Source: an uncultured delta proteobacterium | GTDB lineage: Bacteria; Desulfobacterota; Desulfomonilia; UBA1062 | DNA: 64,000 bases | Direction of reading: 5' to 3' | Assembly: GCA_963752595.1 (NCBI GenBank) | Contig: CAVVYZ010000019.1 | Span: forward strand, 61,102 to 125,101 | Shown here: one piece after another, positions 1 through 8,815 of the stretch | Position numbering within the stretch: the stretch's first letter is position 1 | Layout of the letters: each line of letters starts with the position of its first letter | Notes under the pieces: generated by a model | What the model saw: only the letters and a program-made list of their open reading frames with translations | Database searches by the model: none | Told to the model about the DNA's origin: nothing | Program-made: the position numbers and the translations under genes

Positions 1-790
1 CCAGAGGCTTTAACCCGCGTCTGGGATAATCCTTATATATGAGTGCGGTAAAACTGTCAGCGCTGTTCAGTTTTTGGGAGAGTGAGGGGGCGAGGTAGCT
101 CCAGCAATGCCGGCCGTCGATCGTGACCTCCTGCAGGCGCGTTCTCCGCACCTGGTAGTCGTTCGCCAGTCCGGCCTGATCTGCCGTGCGAAGGGATTTT
201 ACGACCGCCTCGACGTGGCAGTTGGTTCTATAATCTCCCTGCTTGGCGGTGGCTTTTTTGATGTTTTCTTCAAAGTTGATGAATAGAATTTGATAGTCCC
301 TCGGCAGGTCCGATGGTCCGACAATCGGCAGAAGGCCCAGTGGGCCCAGAATGGTCATCCACTTGACCTCTTCGAATTCAAAGGCGACCTTTCCGGCCGG
401 TACGCTTTCTCCCAGGGCATTTATCAGTCTGGTCTTCACGTTGTACGTGGTCTTTTCCGTGCCGGGAAAGGGTATCATCCCCAGGCTGCAGAAACCTGTC
501 AGAAAAGCCGCGCGATTCATTGATGAATCATGGCTGAAATCAGTCTCGACCACCACCGGCAGGCCGGTCCACTCGTCCGTAAACAGGTTGGGATAGAGTT
601 CCCTGGAGCGTACAGCGAGTGTCTCATCTTTCCCATCGAGGCTTACGATACTGAAGCGCACGTCGCCCATTTGCAGTGTCTTGTCGCCCGAAGGCTTGAG
701 TGTGCTTACGTAGCGTGTCGAAGCACAGCCGCTCAAAGCGCTGAGTATTAGTACCGCTGCCAGCCATGTCACAGTTGTTTGAAATTTCAT
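1..790 (-). CDS. Uncharacterised lipoprotein, paralog 3 of tandem array (3' end runs off the window)
   Basis: Not in the ORF track. Manual translation from ATG 790 (GGAG RBS) is open to base 2: MKFQTTVTWLAAVLILSALSGCASTRYVSTLKPSGDK...LYPNLFTDEWTGLPV...RLQEVTIDGRHCWSYL...DYPRRGLKPL. LSGC lipobox; collinear with 806-2140 and 2239-3543. Confidence 0.9.
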   Translation of the reverse strand, partial: MKFQTTVTWLAAVLILSALSGCASTRYVSTLKPSGDKTLQMGDVRFSIVSLDGKDETLAVRSRELYPNLFTDEWTGLPVVVETDFSHDSSMNRAAFLTGFCSLGMIPFPGTEKTTYNVKTRLINALGESVPAGKVAFEFEEVKWMTILGPLGLLPIVGPSDLPRDYQILFINFEENIKKATAKQGDYRTNCHVEAVVKSLRTADQAGLANDYQVRRTRLQEVTIDGRHCWSYLAPSLSQKLNSADSFTALIYKDYPRRGLKPL

Positions 791-805
791 CCCGGACTCC
801 TTCTC

Positions 806-2140
806 CTACGGTTTTCCGGCCGCAGCATCCTTTATGGCGGCCAGGATGGGCTTGAGCACCTCGATACGCTGGCGGCACAAGACTGACAGCTCCCGGTCAG
901 GCGCAGGGTCGCCCTGGCCCTTTTCCACCTTTGTCTGCGCGCTGTCCTTGGCCCGCTCGGCCTGCTCGCTCAAATCCAGGATCGATTTCTCGATGCGGGT
1001 TGCCAGGGCCAGCAGCTCTTCACCGGTTTTTTCCTTCAGAATTTTCTGTAGTGATTTGTTCTTTGCCTCCAGCAGCACACCGTTGCTCCAGCGCAGGGTC
1101 TGGGCCTGGTCGGCTCCGGAGAGGTCCGGGGTTTCGATGAATTCCTCCAGAGGCGGCTCGTCGACAGTTCTCATCGCCACCTTTGCTGGGACGCCGTTGT
1201 CCATGAGGACACTGACAGCGGTCAGGCTCTTTGCACGGCGCAGATATCCGGTCTCCGGCATCCAGTTGCCGCTGCCGTCGCGGCGGGCTACGACTACCTC
1301 TTCATATGGCTTTGTTCCGCGCTTCGGCTGCACCTGGTACAGCAAGGCAGTGAAGGAAACCGGCCGGCTATTCTCTTTCGAGATATTCGGCGCGAGGAAG
1401 CTCCAGAAAGTGCGTCCGTCGATGGTAACCTCCTGGAGGCGTGATGCACGTGCCTTGTAGGCAGTATCAAGCAGGGCGGGATCTGCTGAACGAAGGTCCT
1501 TGACCACCGACTCGACGATGCAGTCGGCTACAAAGGTCGGGAGCTTGGTCTTTGAATAGGCATCCTCGGTCAGCGGGAAAAAGAGAAAGATGCCGTCCCG
1601 CGGCAGGTCAGCCTGTCCCGGGACCGGGATGCAGCCCAGCGGTCCGATGAGGCTTATCCACACGGCCTGCTCAATCTTGAATTTCGTATCCTTGGTGATC
1701 AGGCTTTCGCCCAGCGCATTGCGCACATCCGAGGATACCGAGAAGTCCATCGTAATCTTCCCGGGGAAAGGGATCACCCCAGCTGTCAGTGCTGTCAGAA
1801 ATGCCGATATCATCATCGAAGTCTCAGAGTACTCGGCATCGGCCTTGATCATTACCGGCAATGCCGTCCATTCGTCCGTGAAAATATCGGGGTAGAGGGT
1901 CCTGGCCCGCTGAGCCAGAAAATCCGGGGTGACAGGGTCCATCCAGGCCCCTGCCGGTAAACTGTTCTTGTCGTAAACGCCGGTATAGCTGATGAGGCTG
2001 AAACGTGCATGGCCGAGCGCGAGGTTCGTTTCGCCCGAGGGCTTCAGGGTGCTTGCCAGGCGCATCGAGCCGCAGCCGCTCATAAACATGACCATCAGGA
2101 TCATTATCATCCATTTCAAAGTTGCCCGGTACGCTTTCAT
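806..2140 (-). CDS. Uncharacterised lipoprotein, paralog 2 (444 aa)
   Basis: Signal peptide with MSGC lipobox; GGAGG-type RBS; C-terminal helical region nearly identical to paralog 1 (GDPAPDRELSVLCRQRIEVLKPILAAIK). Confidence 0.9.
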   Translation of the reverse strand: MKAYRATLKWMIMILMVMFMSGCGSMRLASTLKPSGETNLALGHARFSLISYTGVYDKNSLPAGAWMDPVTPDFLAQRARTLYPDIFTDEWTALPVMIKADAEYSETSMMISAFLTALTAGVIPFPGKITMDFSVSSDVRNALGESLITKDTKFKIEQAVWISLIGPLGCIPVPGQADLPRDGIFLFFPLTEDAYSKTKLPTFVADCIVESVVKDLRSADPALLDTAYKARASRLQEVTIDGRTFWSFLAPNISKENSRPVSFTALLYQVQPKRGTKPYEEVVVARRDGSGNWMPETGYLRRAKSLTAVSVLMDNGVPAKVAMRTVDEPPLEEFIETPDLSGADQAQTLRWSNGVLLEAKNKSLQKILKEKTGEELLALATRIEKSILDLSEQAERAKDSAQTKVEKGQGDPAPDRELSVLCRQRIEVLKPILAAIKDAAAGKP

Positions 2141-2238
2141 TGCCCCTCCTCTCTTCTCATCGGGTAATTCTTATGTCGGTTTTTCCTTTAATATCCCTTA
2201 GCCTGGTACATCGGAGTGCAGGCTCATACGCTTCTTCT

Positions 2239-3543
2239 TTACTGTTTTCCGGCTGCAGCACCCTTGATGGCAGCCAGGATCGGCTTGAGCACCTCAATGC
2301 GCTGGCGGCACAGGACTGACAGCTCCCGGTCGGGTGCAGGGTCGCCCTCTCCCTTTTCCACCATGGCCTGGGCCCGGTCCTTGGCACGCTCCGCCTGTTC
2401 GTTCAAGTCAAGGATCGACCTCTCGATGCGGGTCGCCAGGGTGAGCATCGTGTCCCTGCTTTCCTCCCGCAGCAGCTTGTCCATGGAGCGATTCTTGGCG
2501 TCGAGCAGCAGAGAGTTGCTCCAGCGTAAGACCTCGGCCCTGTCGGTCCCGGGCAGGTCCGGGGTATCGATAAAGTCCTCCAGGGGGGGCACTTCGGGCG
2601 TGCGCACCACCACCTTGACCGGGACGCCCTTCTCCATCAGGGGGCTCACGGAAGTGAGCGTGCGTGCGCGGCGCAGGTATCCGGTCACCGGCTGCCAGTG
2701 GCCGGATTCGTCGTAGCGTGCCACGATTGCCTCATCCATGGGCTTTGCACTCTGCCTGGGGTAGTCCTGGAATACGAGCAGACTGAAGGTGCTGCCCTTT
2801 TTGGGTTTGGTCACAGGGGTCATGGTGAGGAAACCCCGGCACTGCCTGCCGTCGACGGTGATCTCCTGCACGCGGGACTTCCTCTCCCGGTAGGCGGCTT
2901 CCAGCTTGATCTGGTCTGCCGATTTCAACGACCGGGCAACCGCCTCGGCAATGCACCCGGCTGCGTGGTTGTTGACCTTGTTTATCGAGACATCGGTCCG
3001 GCTCACGAAGTCTCCGCCAAAGAGACTGTCCCTTTCGAGATCCGAGAACCCGGGAACCGGTATCAAACCCCAGGGCCAGTAGCTGCACCACTCGATCACG
3101 TCTATCTCGAAGTTGTCGTCTTTCTCGTACAGACATTCGCCTAGAGAATCCATTATGCTGGTACGGACGGTAAAATCATGCTTGTAGGTCTCGGTGGTCG
3201 GTATAATCCCCAAGGTGCAGACAAGGGTGAAAAACTTGCTGAAACCGGAAGGGTTGATGTCCGATCTTTTGATATCTACATGAACCGGCAGGCTTGCCCA
3301 GTCGTCCGAGAATACACTCGGGTAGAGGGCTTTTGCCTTCTGGTCGATAACCGGAGGCAACGGCTGCACACCCGGCTTCTCGTAGTTGAAGCTCGACATG
3401 GTGAGACGCACGGGGCCGTATTGCAGGTCCTTGTCGCCCGAAGGCTTCATGGTGCTGGTGTACCGTGCCGCGCTACAGCCGCTCAAAACCATGGCAACCA
3501 GGAGCAATACCATTCCTATGACATATACACGGCAGTTCCTCAT
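2239..3543 (-). CDS. Uncharacterised lipoprotein, paralog 1 (434 aa)
   Basis: LSGC lipobox; shares blocks STxKPSG, LYPxxFxDxWxxLPV, QExTxDGR and the C-terminus with its neighbours. Confidence 0.9.
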   Translation of the reverse strand: MRNCRVYVIGMVLLLVAMVLSGCSAARYTSTMKPSGDKDLQYGPVRLTMSSFNYEKPGVQPLPPVIDQKAKALYPSVFSDDWASLPVHVDIKRSDINPSGFSKFFTLVCTLGIIPTTETYKHDFTVRTSIMDSLGECLYEKDDNFEIDVIEWCSYWPWGLIPVPGFSDLERDSLFGGDFVSRTDVSINKVNNHAAGCIAEAVARSLKSADQIKLEAAYRERKSRVQEITVDGRQCRGFLTMTPVTKPKKGSTFSLLVFQDYPRQSAKPMDEAIVARYDESGHWQPVTGYLRRARTLTSVSPLMEKGVPVKVVVRTPEVPPLEDFIDTPDLPGTDRAEVLRWSNSLLLDAKNRSMDKLLREESRDTMLTLATRIERSILDLNEQAERAKDRAQAMVEKGEGDPAPDRELSVLCRQRIEVLKPILAAIKGAAAGKQ

Positions 3544-4162
3544 TATCTTTACTCCCTTCTCTTGAGGTAATTTTCATGTCTCATGCAGTCAAAGCCCTAA
3601 ATCCTTCTGGATGCGTTGGAGTGGGAACTTCGGTGTTGATTTTATCGGCTGTCAGCAGCCTGATATTTACTATACCTTTTTAATAGACAATGAAAGGCCT
3701 CCGAGGTTTTTTTGAGAAGCCGGAATGCCCCGGAAAGAATCCTACTTCATGATTCTTATTGAAAAACAGTGAAGAAACGCAGCTCGAAGGAGTAAAGGAA
3801 TTTACCGCCTTTGCAAGGATAACGGGCATCGCGAATATTTATACTTCCGAAATGAATATGATTCAAGATATTGGAATCGATAAGTATGTTTTATCAAAAT
3901 GAGCGGCTTGAATGATACAGGAGAGAGCAAAGCTATGCCTAGTAACTAAAATTAATAATATTAGGATTGAAATGAAAAGGCAACTATTATTTGAACCTTA
4001 CACGGCGATTAAAATATATTCTTTGCAGGGAATATTCTGCGGCAATCGGTATTGGTCCCTTTTGATGCCATCAAAGGTATAAGACCAGTATAATGATGGG
4101 CACTACATCATATCTAATTGATATTATATTTTATTTAAGATTTAAATTTGGACACAAAAAGG

Positions 4163-4191
4163 TTGACAAGATATTAAATCATGAGTAGAAT
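4163..4191 (+). promoter_or_regulatory. Sigma70-type promoter for hbd
   Basis: TTGACA (4163-4168), 17 bp spacer, TAGAAT (4186-4191) in AT-rich DNA. The imperfect palindrome TGAGTAGAATTATATTCA overlaps the -10. Confidence 0.7.
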
Positions 4192-4269
4192 TATATTCAG
4201 TAAATAGATATATCAAGTGAGATTTTATTCGACACTGGTAGGACAAAATCTTTTAAAGGGGAGCTGAAT

Positions 4270-5130
4270 ATGGGAAACTTGAATAAGGTTGGAGTTGTTG
4301 GAGCCGGCATGATGGGTTCTGAGATCGCACTTTGTTTTGCGGCATCAGGCATCAATGTAGTTATTCACGAAGTATCCCTTGATCTGGCTAAAAAGGCAAA
4401 AGAACGATTAGGCGGTATTCTTGATAAATCAATTAAGAAGGGTAAGGCAACCGAAGAAGAGAAAGAACAATCGCTCAATCGAATCGAGCTGACAGATAGT
4501 TTTAAAGGCTTTGACGATGTTGATATCGTTATAGAAGCCGTGTTTGAAGATTTCAAGACAAAGACGGACGTCTTTTCCCGGTTAGACAAGATCTGTAAAC
4601 CCGGATGTATATTTGCAACCAATACATCCAGCATGCCGATAACCCTCCTGGCCACATCGGTGAGCCCGGATAGAATCGGAAAATTCTTAGGGGCACATTT
4701 TTTCTCACCGGCATTTGTCATGAAACTGGTGGAAGTTATCCCGGCGCTTGATACCGATGAGGATTCGGTAACATTCATGATGGATTCTTGTCGACTGATC
4801 AATAAGACACCCGTGCGGGTAAAAGATGTTGCAGGATTTGCCGTCAACAGACTGCTCCATGCAATGTGGGTTGAGGCATGCAGATTACTCGAAGAGGGAG
4901 TGGCAAGTCCTGAAGATATCGATGCAGCCTGTAAATTCGGCTTAGGTCATCCGATAGGCCCATTTGCCCTCATGGATTTGACCAGCAATGACTTGAACTT
5001 AAAAGTTCAGCAAATATTGTTCGATGCGTATGGAGAACGATTCAAGCCCAGGCCCGTTTTAAAACAACTGGTCGATGCAAATCATCTCGGCAGAAAAACT
5101 GGACGGGGCTGGCATAATTATAACAAATGA
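4270..5130 (+). CDS. hbd: 3-hydroxyacyl-CoA (3-hydroxybutyryl-CoA) dehydrogenase
   Basis: GAGMMG Rossmann motif, IEAVFE, ATNTSS, HFFSP, GHPIGP and GRKTGRGW; 286 aa. Confidence 0.9.
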   Translation: MGNLNKVGVVGAGMMGSEIALCFAASGINVVIHEVSLDLAKKAKERLGGILDKSIKKGKATEEEKEQSLNRIELTDSFKGFDDVDIVIEAVFEDFKTKTDVFSRLDKICKPGCIFATNTSSMPITLLATSVSPDRIGKFLGAHFFSPAFVMKLVEVIPALDTDEDSVTFMMDSCRLINKTPVRVKDVAGFAVNRLLHAMWVEACRLLEEGVASPEDIDAACKFGLGHPIGPFALMDLTSNDLNLKVQQILFDAYGERFKPRPVLKQLVDANHLGRKTGRGWHNYNK

Positions 5131-5245
5131 TCCAATGAAACAGGAATGACCGGGGCTATTTCGGCATGATAAAAAAATAGCTTTACAAAAAGCTATATTA
5201 CGTGGTGATTATAAGGAAGCTGCTATAATATAATATGGAGTAGTT

Positions 5246-6424
5246 ATGAGTGAGGACAAAAGAGCAAAAATATTAGCTTCCGCCGAAGAAATCATGTCGG
5301 AGAAAAGGCTCGCGGATACCACAATTTCAGAAATAGCCGCCAAGGCAGGGGTAGCTGATTCGGTTATTTATCAATACTTCAAAGGCAAGGAAGATATATT
5401 GTTTTCCGTGCCTGGCGAGAGGATGAAGGAAGTATTATTTTTGCTTGGAGAGCATCTGCAAGGCATTCGAGATGCTGAAAGCCGCTTGAGCAAGATGATC
5501 TGGTTTCATTTAAGGGACATAGATACTCACCCCGGATATGGCCGAATATTGCTCCTGGAGTGCAGATCTTCACCCGACTTCTATATGACGCCGGCTTATG
5601 ATCTCGTAAAGGAATATTCGGATGTCCTTTATACTATATTAAAAAATGGCGTCGAGGATGGATCATTTCGTTCTGACCTGAATGTCAAAATAGCCCGAGA
5701 TATCATACTCGGCACTCTTGATTCGGAAATAATAAGCTCTCTTGCCTTGGGCGAGATTGCAGAAGGCGCTCCGGACCATGAAGATATCATGTCATTAGTT
5801 CATGCCATGGTTACCTCGACGGCCAAGCCGATCTACAGTAAATCAGACAGGATCCTCAGGGCAGCCGAAAAAGTTTTTGCCGAGAAAGGATTCACCAAGT
5901 CGAAAATATCTGAAATTGCAAAGATTGCCGGGATCTCAGAGGCAACAGTATATGAATACTTTGAAAATAAAGAGGATGTTTTTCTCTCTATCCCTCAGAA
6001 ACGCTTCCAGGAAAACCTGGATGAACTTTCTGAAACATTCCATATAAAGCATCCTGTGAGGAAACTGAAAAGGTTTACTAAATACTATTTCTTCCTTCTT
6101 CTTACAGAAGAAGATTTCTTGAAAGTTTTTCTTCTTCAGCTCCAATTGAGTCCGCGGTTTTATGCCTCAAAATCATTCGCGAGCTTCCGGAGATATTTTT
6201 CTGTAGTTGAAGGAATCATAGAAGAAGGCAAGAAAGAAGGATATTTCAGAGCCGATGTAAATCCTCGCGTATTCAGAAATATGTTTTTTGGTGCGTTCAC
6301 TCATCTGGCACTTCGATGGGTAATGTCTCAGGATGGAAAAGAACCTGACAAAATAAAAGAAATAAAACACGCAGCAGATTTGTTCTGTTCGGCAGTTATG
6401 GCTCTTGATGGTGATGAGGATTGA
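5246..6424 (+). CDS. TetR/AcrR-family regulator with two tandem TetR units
   Basis: Two HTH regions (ISEIAAKAGVADSVIYQYFKGKED and ISEIAKIAGISEATVYEYFENKED), each followed by a C-terminal FRxD motif domain; 392 aa. Confidence 0.9.
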   Translation: MSEDKRAKILASAEEIMSEKRLADTTISEIAAKAGVADSVIYQYFKGKEDILFSVPGERMKEVLFLLGEHLQGIRDAESRLSKMIWFHLRDIDTHPGYGRILLLECRSSPDFYMTPAYDLVKEYSDVLYTILKNGVEDGSFRSDLNVKIARDIILGTLDSEIISSLALGEIAEGAPDHEDIMSLVHAMVTSTAKPIYSKSDRILRAAEKVFAEKGFTKSKISEIAKIAGISEATVYEYFENKEDVFLSIPQKRFQENLDELSETFHIKHPVRKLKRFTKYYFFLLLTEEDFLKVFLLQLQLSPRFYASKSFASFRRYFSVVEGIIEEGKKEGYFRADVNPRVFRNMFFGAFTHLALRWVMSQDGKEPDKIKEIKHAADLFCSAVMALDGDED

Positions 6425-6507
6425 AGCAATGTTTTCAAATCAGACTCGGCTTTTATCAGGAGAGAAAAAAAGGAATTCGATAAAAAAGAGCTAAAACGTA
6501 GTCAGAT

Positions 6508-6609
6508 AGGGTTCTGCCTAGAGCCGGCCAACTCGAAGCGGACGTAAGAACGATATAAGCGGGCATTGTGGGAGCCTACATAACCACAATGCCCGCTTTT
6601 TTGTTGCCC
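6508..6609 (+). ncRNA. Candidate cis-regulatory RNA/attenuator, copy A (upstream of the thiolase gene)
   Basis: Homologous to 21481-21583(-). 13-bp stem GCGGGCATTGTGG/CCACAATGCCCGC followed by a T-tract; conserved GCCGGCCAAC, GGACGTAAGA and GGGAGCC blocks. Confidence 0.7.
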
Positions 6610-6693
6610 TGATGAAGGTAAGGGTACGTATTTCATAGGTATTTAAGCAAAAATAAAAATTGATCCGTCAAAGAAAATTAAGGGAGAAAAAAA

Positions 6694-7908
6694 ATGAACA
6701 AGAAAGATGATGTCGTAATCGTAAGTGGAGTGAGAACACCATTCAGCAAGTTTGGCGGAACCTTGAAAAATATTCATAGTACAGATCTGGGTTGTGTAGT
6801 TATCAAAGAGAGTCTCAAGAGAGCAGGACTCAAAGGCGAAGATCTGGATGAACTGTACTACGGGATGTGCGATCAGGCAGAAGCGGCCCTTTATGATAAT
6901 GTAAACGGGCGACAGGCATTACTTCGCGCAGGCCTTCCTCAAACCCTGGTGTCACTCACTATAGACAGGGCGTGCTGTTCTTCGCTCTGTGCGGTTCATC
7001 TTGGAAGAAGAGCGATTTTATTGGATGAAGCAAATGTGTGTATGGCAGTGGGCGCCGAGAACATGGGCAATACCCCGCTATTGATAAACGGACATCGGTG
7101 GGGAGGAGGGATGGCGCCGCTTCTGGTTCAAGATTATCTCAATCCCATCACCTATCGGGAGTATTCTCCTTTGGGAAGAGACGCCGGAGAGATCGCAATT
7201 GAATATGGAATATCACGGGAAGAGCAGGACAAATGGGCGGTGGGTTCACAGCAGAAGTGGGCCATGGCTGACAAAGCGGGAAAATTCAAAGATGAGCTTG
7301 TGCCGGTAGAAGTACCACAGAAAAGAGCCGACCCGATCCTTTTTGACAGGGATGAGTTCCCGAAGCCGAATACCACTCTGGAAGGTCTGGCAAAATTAAA
7401 AACCATATACGGAAGCCCTACGGTAACCGCCGGTAATGCTCCGGGGCTTGATACAGGAGCTGCCGCAGTGATTATCATGAGGAGATCCAAGGCGGAAGAG
7501 CTGGGCGCTAAGCCTCTTGCCACCATCATTACAGCAGCCAGTGCCGCCAGTGAGCCAAGGAGAATGGCTGAGCTTCCCGGATTCGTAATACAGAAAGCTT
7601 TGAAGAGGGCTGACCTCAGTATCGATAAGATGGACGTTATTGAGATCAATGAGGCCTTCGCGGCAGTTACCCTTGTATCCACCAAGATTCTTGCCGGAAA
7701 TGATGAAACCAAATGGCGTGAGCTCCTGAAAAAAACGAATCCTAACGGCGGTGCAATTGCGATCGGCCATCCGGTTGGAGCAAGCGGGGCACGAATTCTG
7801 ATCACGATGATGCACGAGTTGAGGAGAAGGGGCGGCGGTTATGGAGTGTGCGGTATCTGCGGTGGTCTGGCACAGGGTGATTGTGCCATCATCAAAGTGG
7901 ATGAATAA
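6694..7908 (+). CDS. Thiolase (acetyl-CoA C-acyltransferase family)
   Basis: RTPFSKFGG, TAGNAPGLDTGAAA, EINEAFA and GHPVGASGAR. Catalytic Cys motifs are variant: DRACCSS and ICGGLAQG. Confidence 0.92.
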   Translation: MNKKDDVVIVSGVRTPFSKFGGTLKNIHSTDLGCVVIKESLKRAGLKGEDLDELYYGMCDQAEAALYDNVNGRQALLRAGLPQTLVSLTIDRACCSSLCAVHLGRRAILLDEANVCMAVGAENMGNTPLLINGHRWGGGMAPLLVQDYLNPITYREYSPLGRDAGEIAIEYGISREEQDKWAVGSQQKWAMADKAGKFKDELVPVEVPQKRADPILFDRDEFPKPNTTLEGLAKLKTIYGSPTVTAGNAPGLDTGAAAVIIMRRSKAEELGAKPLATIITAASAASEPRRMAELPGFVIQKALKRADLSIDKMDVIEINEAFAAVTLVSTKILAGNDETKWRELLKKTNPNGGAIAIGHPVGASGARILITMMHELRRRGGGYGVCGICGGLAQGDCAIIKVDE

Positions 7909-7995
7909 TGGAATGTTCCTGTTCATCAACAAAGATGGATTGAATACAGGAACAGGAACATTCGCTATTCGGTAATGAAACCGGGAGATAACGTA

Positions 7996-8760
7996 ATGAA
8001 ATATATAAAATATGAGATTGAGAATCAGATAGCAACGATAACGATCAATCGACCTGAAGTGCTGAATGCACTGAATAAAGACCTTATCGATGAGTTTGGG
8101 TTGACCATCGACAATATGATGAATGAAGGCAATGCGCGTGTTTTGATTATTACCGGCGAAGGGAAAAGCTTCGCAGCAGGTGCCGACATTGTCCAGATGA
8201 TAGAAATGAATCCTGCTCAGGCGAGAGGATTCATTTTTAGTGATGTGTTTAATAAAATCGAAGCGCTTCCGATTCCGGTTTTTGCTGCAATCAAGGGTTT
8301 TGCTCTTGGCGGCGGGTTGGAACTGGCTCTCGCGTGTGATTTTCGCATCTGCAACGCTAAAGCAAAATTAGGACTGCCGGAAATCAAGCTCGGGATTATG
8401 CCCGGGGCGGGCGGGACACAGCGTCTGCCGAAACTCATAGGATTGAGCCATGCCCGGGAAATGATCTATTTCGGCGATATCATCGATGCAGAGAAAGCGT
8501 ACCAGTGGGGTCTGTGTGATAGAGTCGTAGAGGGAGATCCTTTAGAGCAAGCGAAAGAACTGGCAGCAAAGGTTATTGAAAAATCCTCTGTCGCTCTCGA
8601 AGCGGCAAAGAAGACAATAAATTACGGTATAGATAAGGATTTGTCTTCCGGAATAGCCTTTGAAGTCATTGTATGGTCCGACCTTTTCTCCACGGCCGAT
8701 CAGAAAGAAGGGATGAGGGCGTTTCAGGAAAAGAGAAAACCTAATTTTAAAGGTAAGTAA
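7996..8760 (+). CDS. Enoyl-CoA hydratase (crotonase family)
   Basis: INRPEVLNAL, FAAGADI, GGGLELALACD and PEIKLGIMPGAGGTQRL. Start 7996 chosen for its GGAG RBS. Confidence 0.92.
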   Translation: MKYIKYEIENQIATITINRPEVLNALNKDLIDEFGLTIDNMMNEGNARVLIITGEGKSFAAGADIVQMIEMNPAQARGFIFSDVFNKIEALPIPVFAAIKGFALGGGLELALACDFRICNAKAKLGLPEIKLGIMPGAGGTQRLPKLIGLSHAREMIYFGDIIDAEKAYQWGLCDRVVEGDPLEQAKELAAKVIEKSSVALEAAKKTINYGIDKDLSSGIAFEVIVWSDLFSTADQKEGMRAFQEKRKPNFKGK

Positions 8761-8815
8761 GTGAAGTGTGGACAGATTGTGAGATGCATACCATTCGTAC
8801 GAGGAGAGTGGATAA

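Noticed and set aside
3700-3905. Short open frame in the AT-rich gap (LKNSEETQLEGVKEF...DKYVLSK)
   Set aside because: No convincing start or RBS and no recognisable motif; cannot be distinguished from chance.
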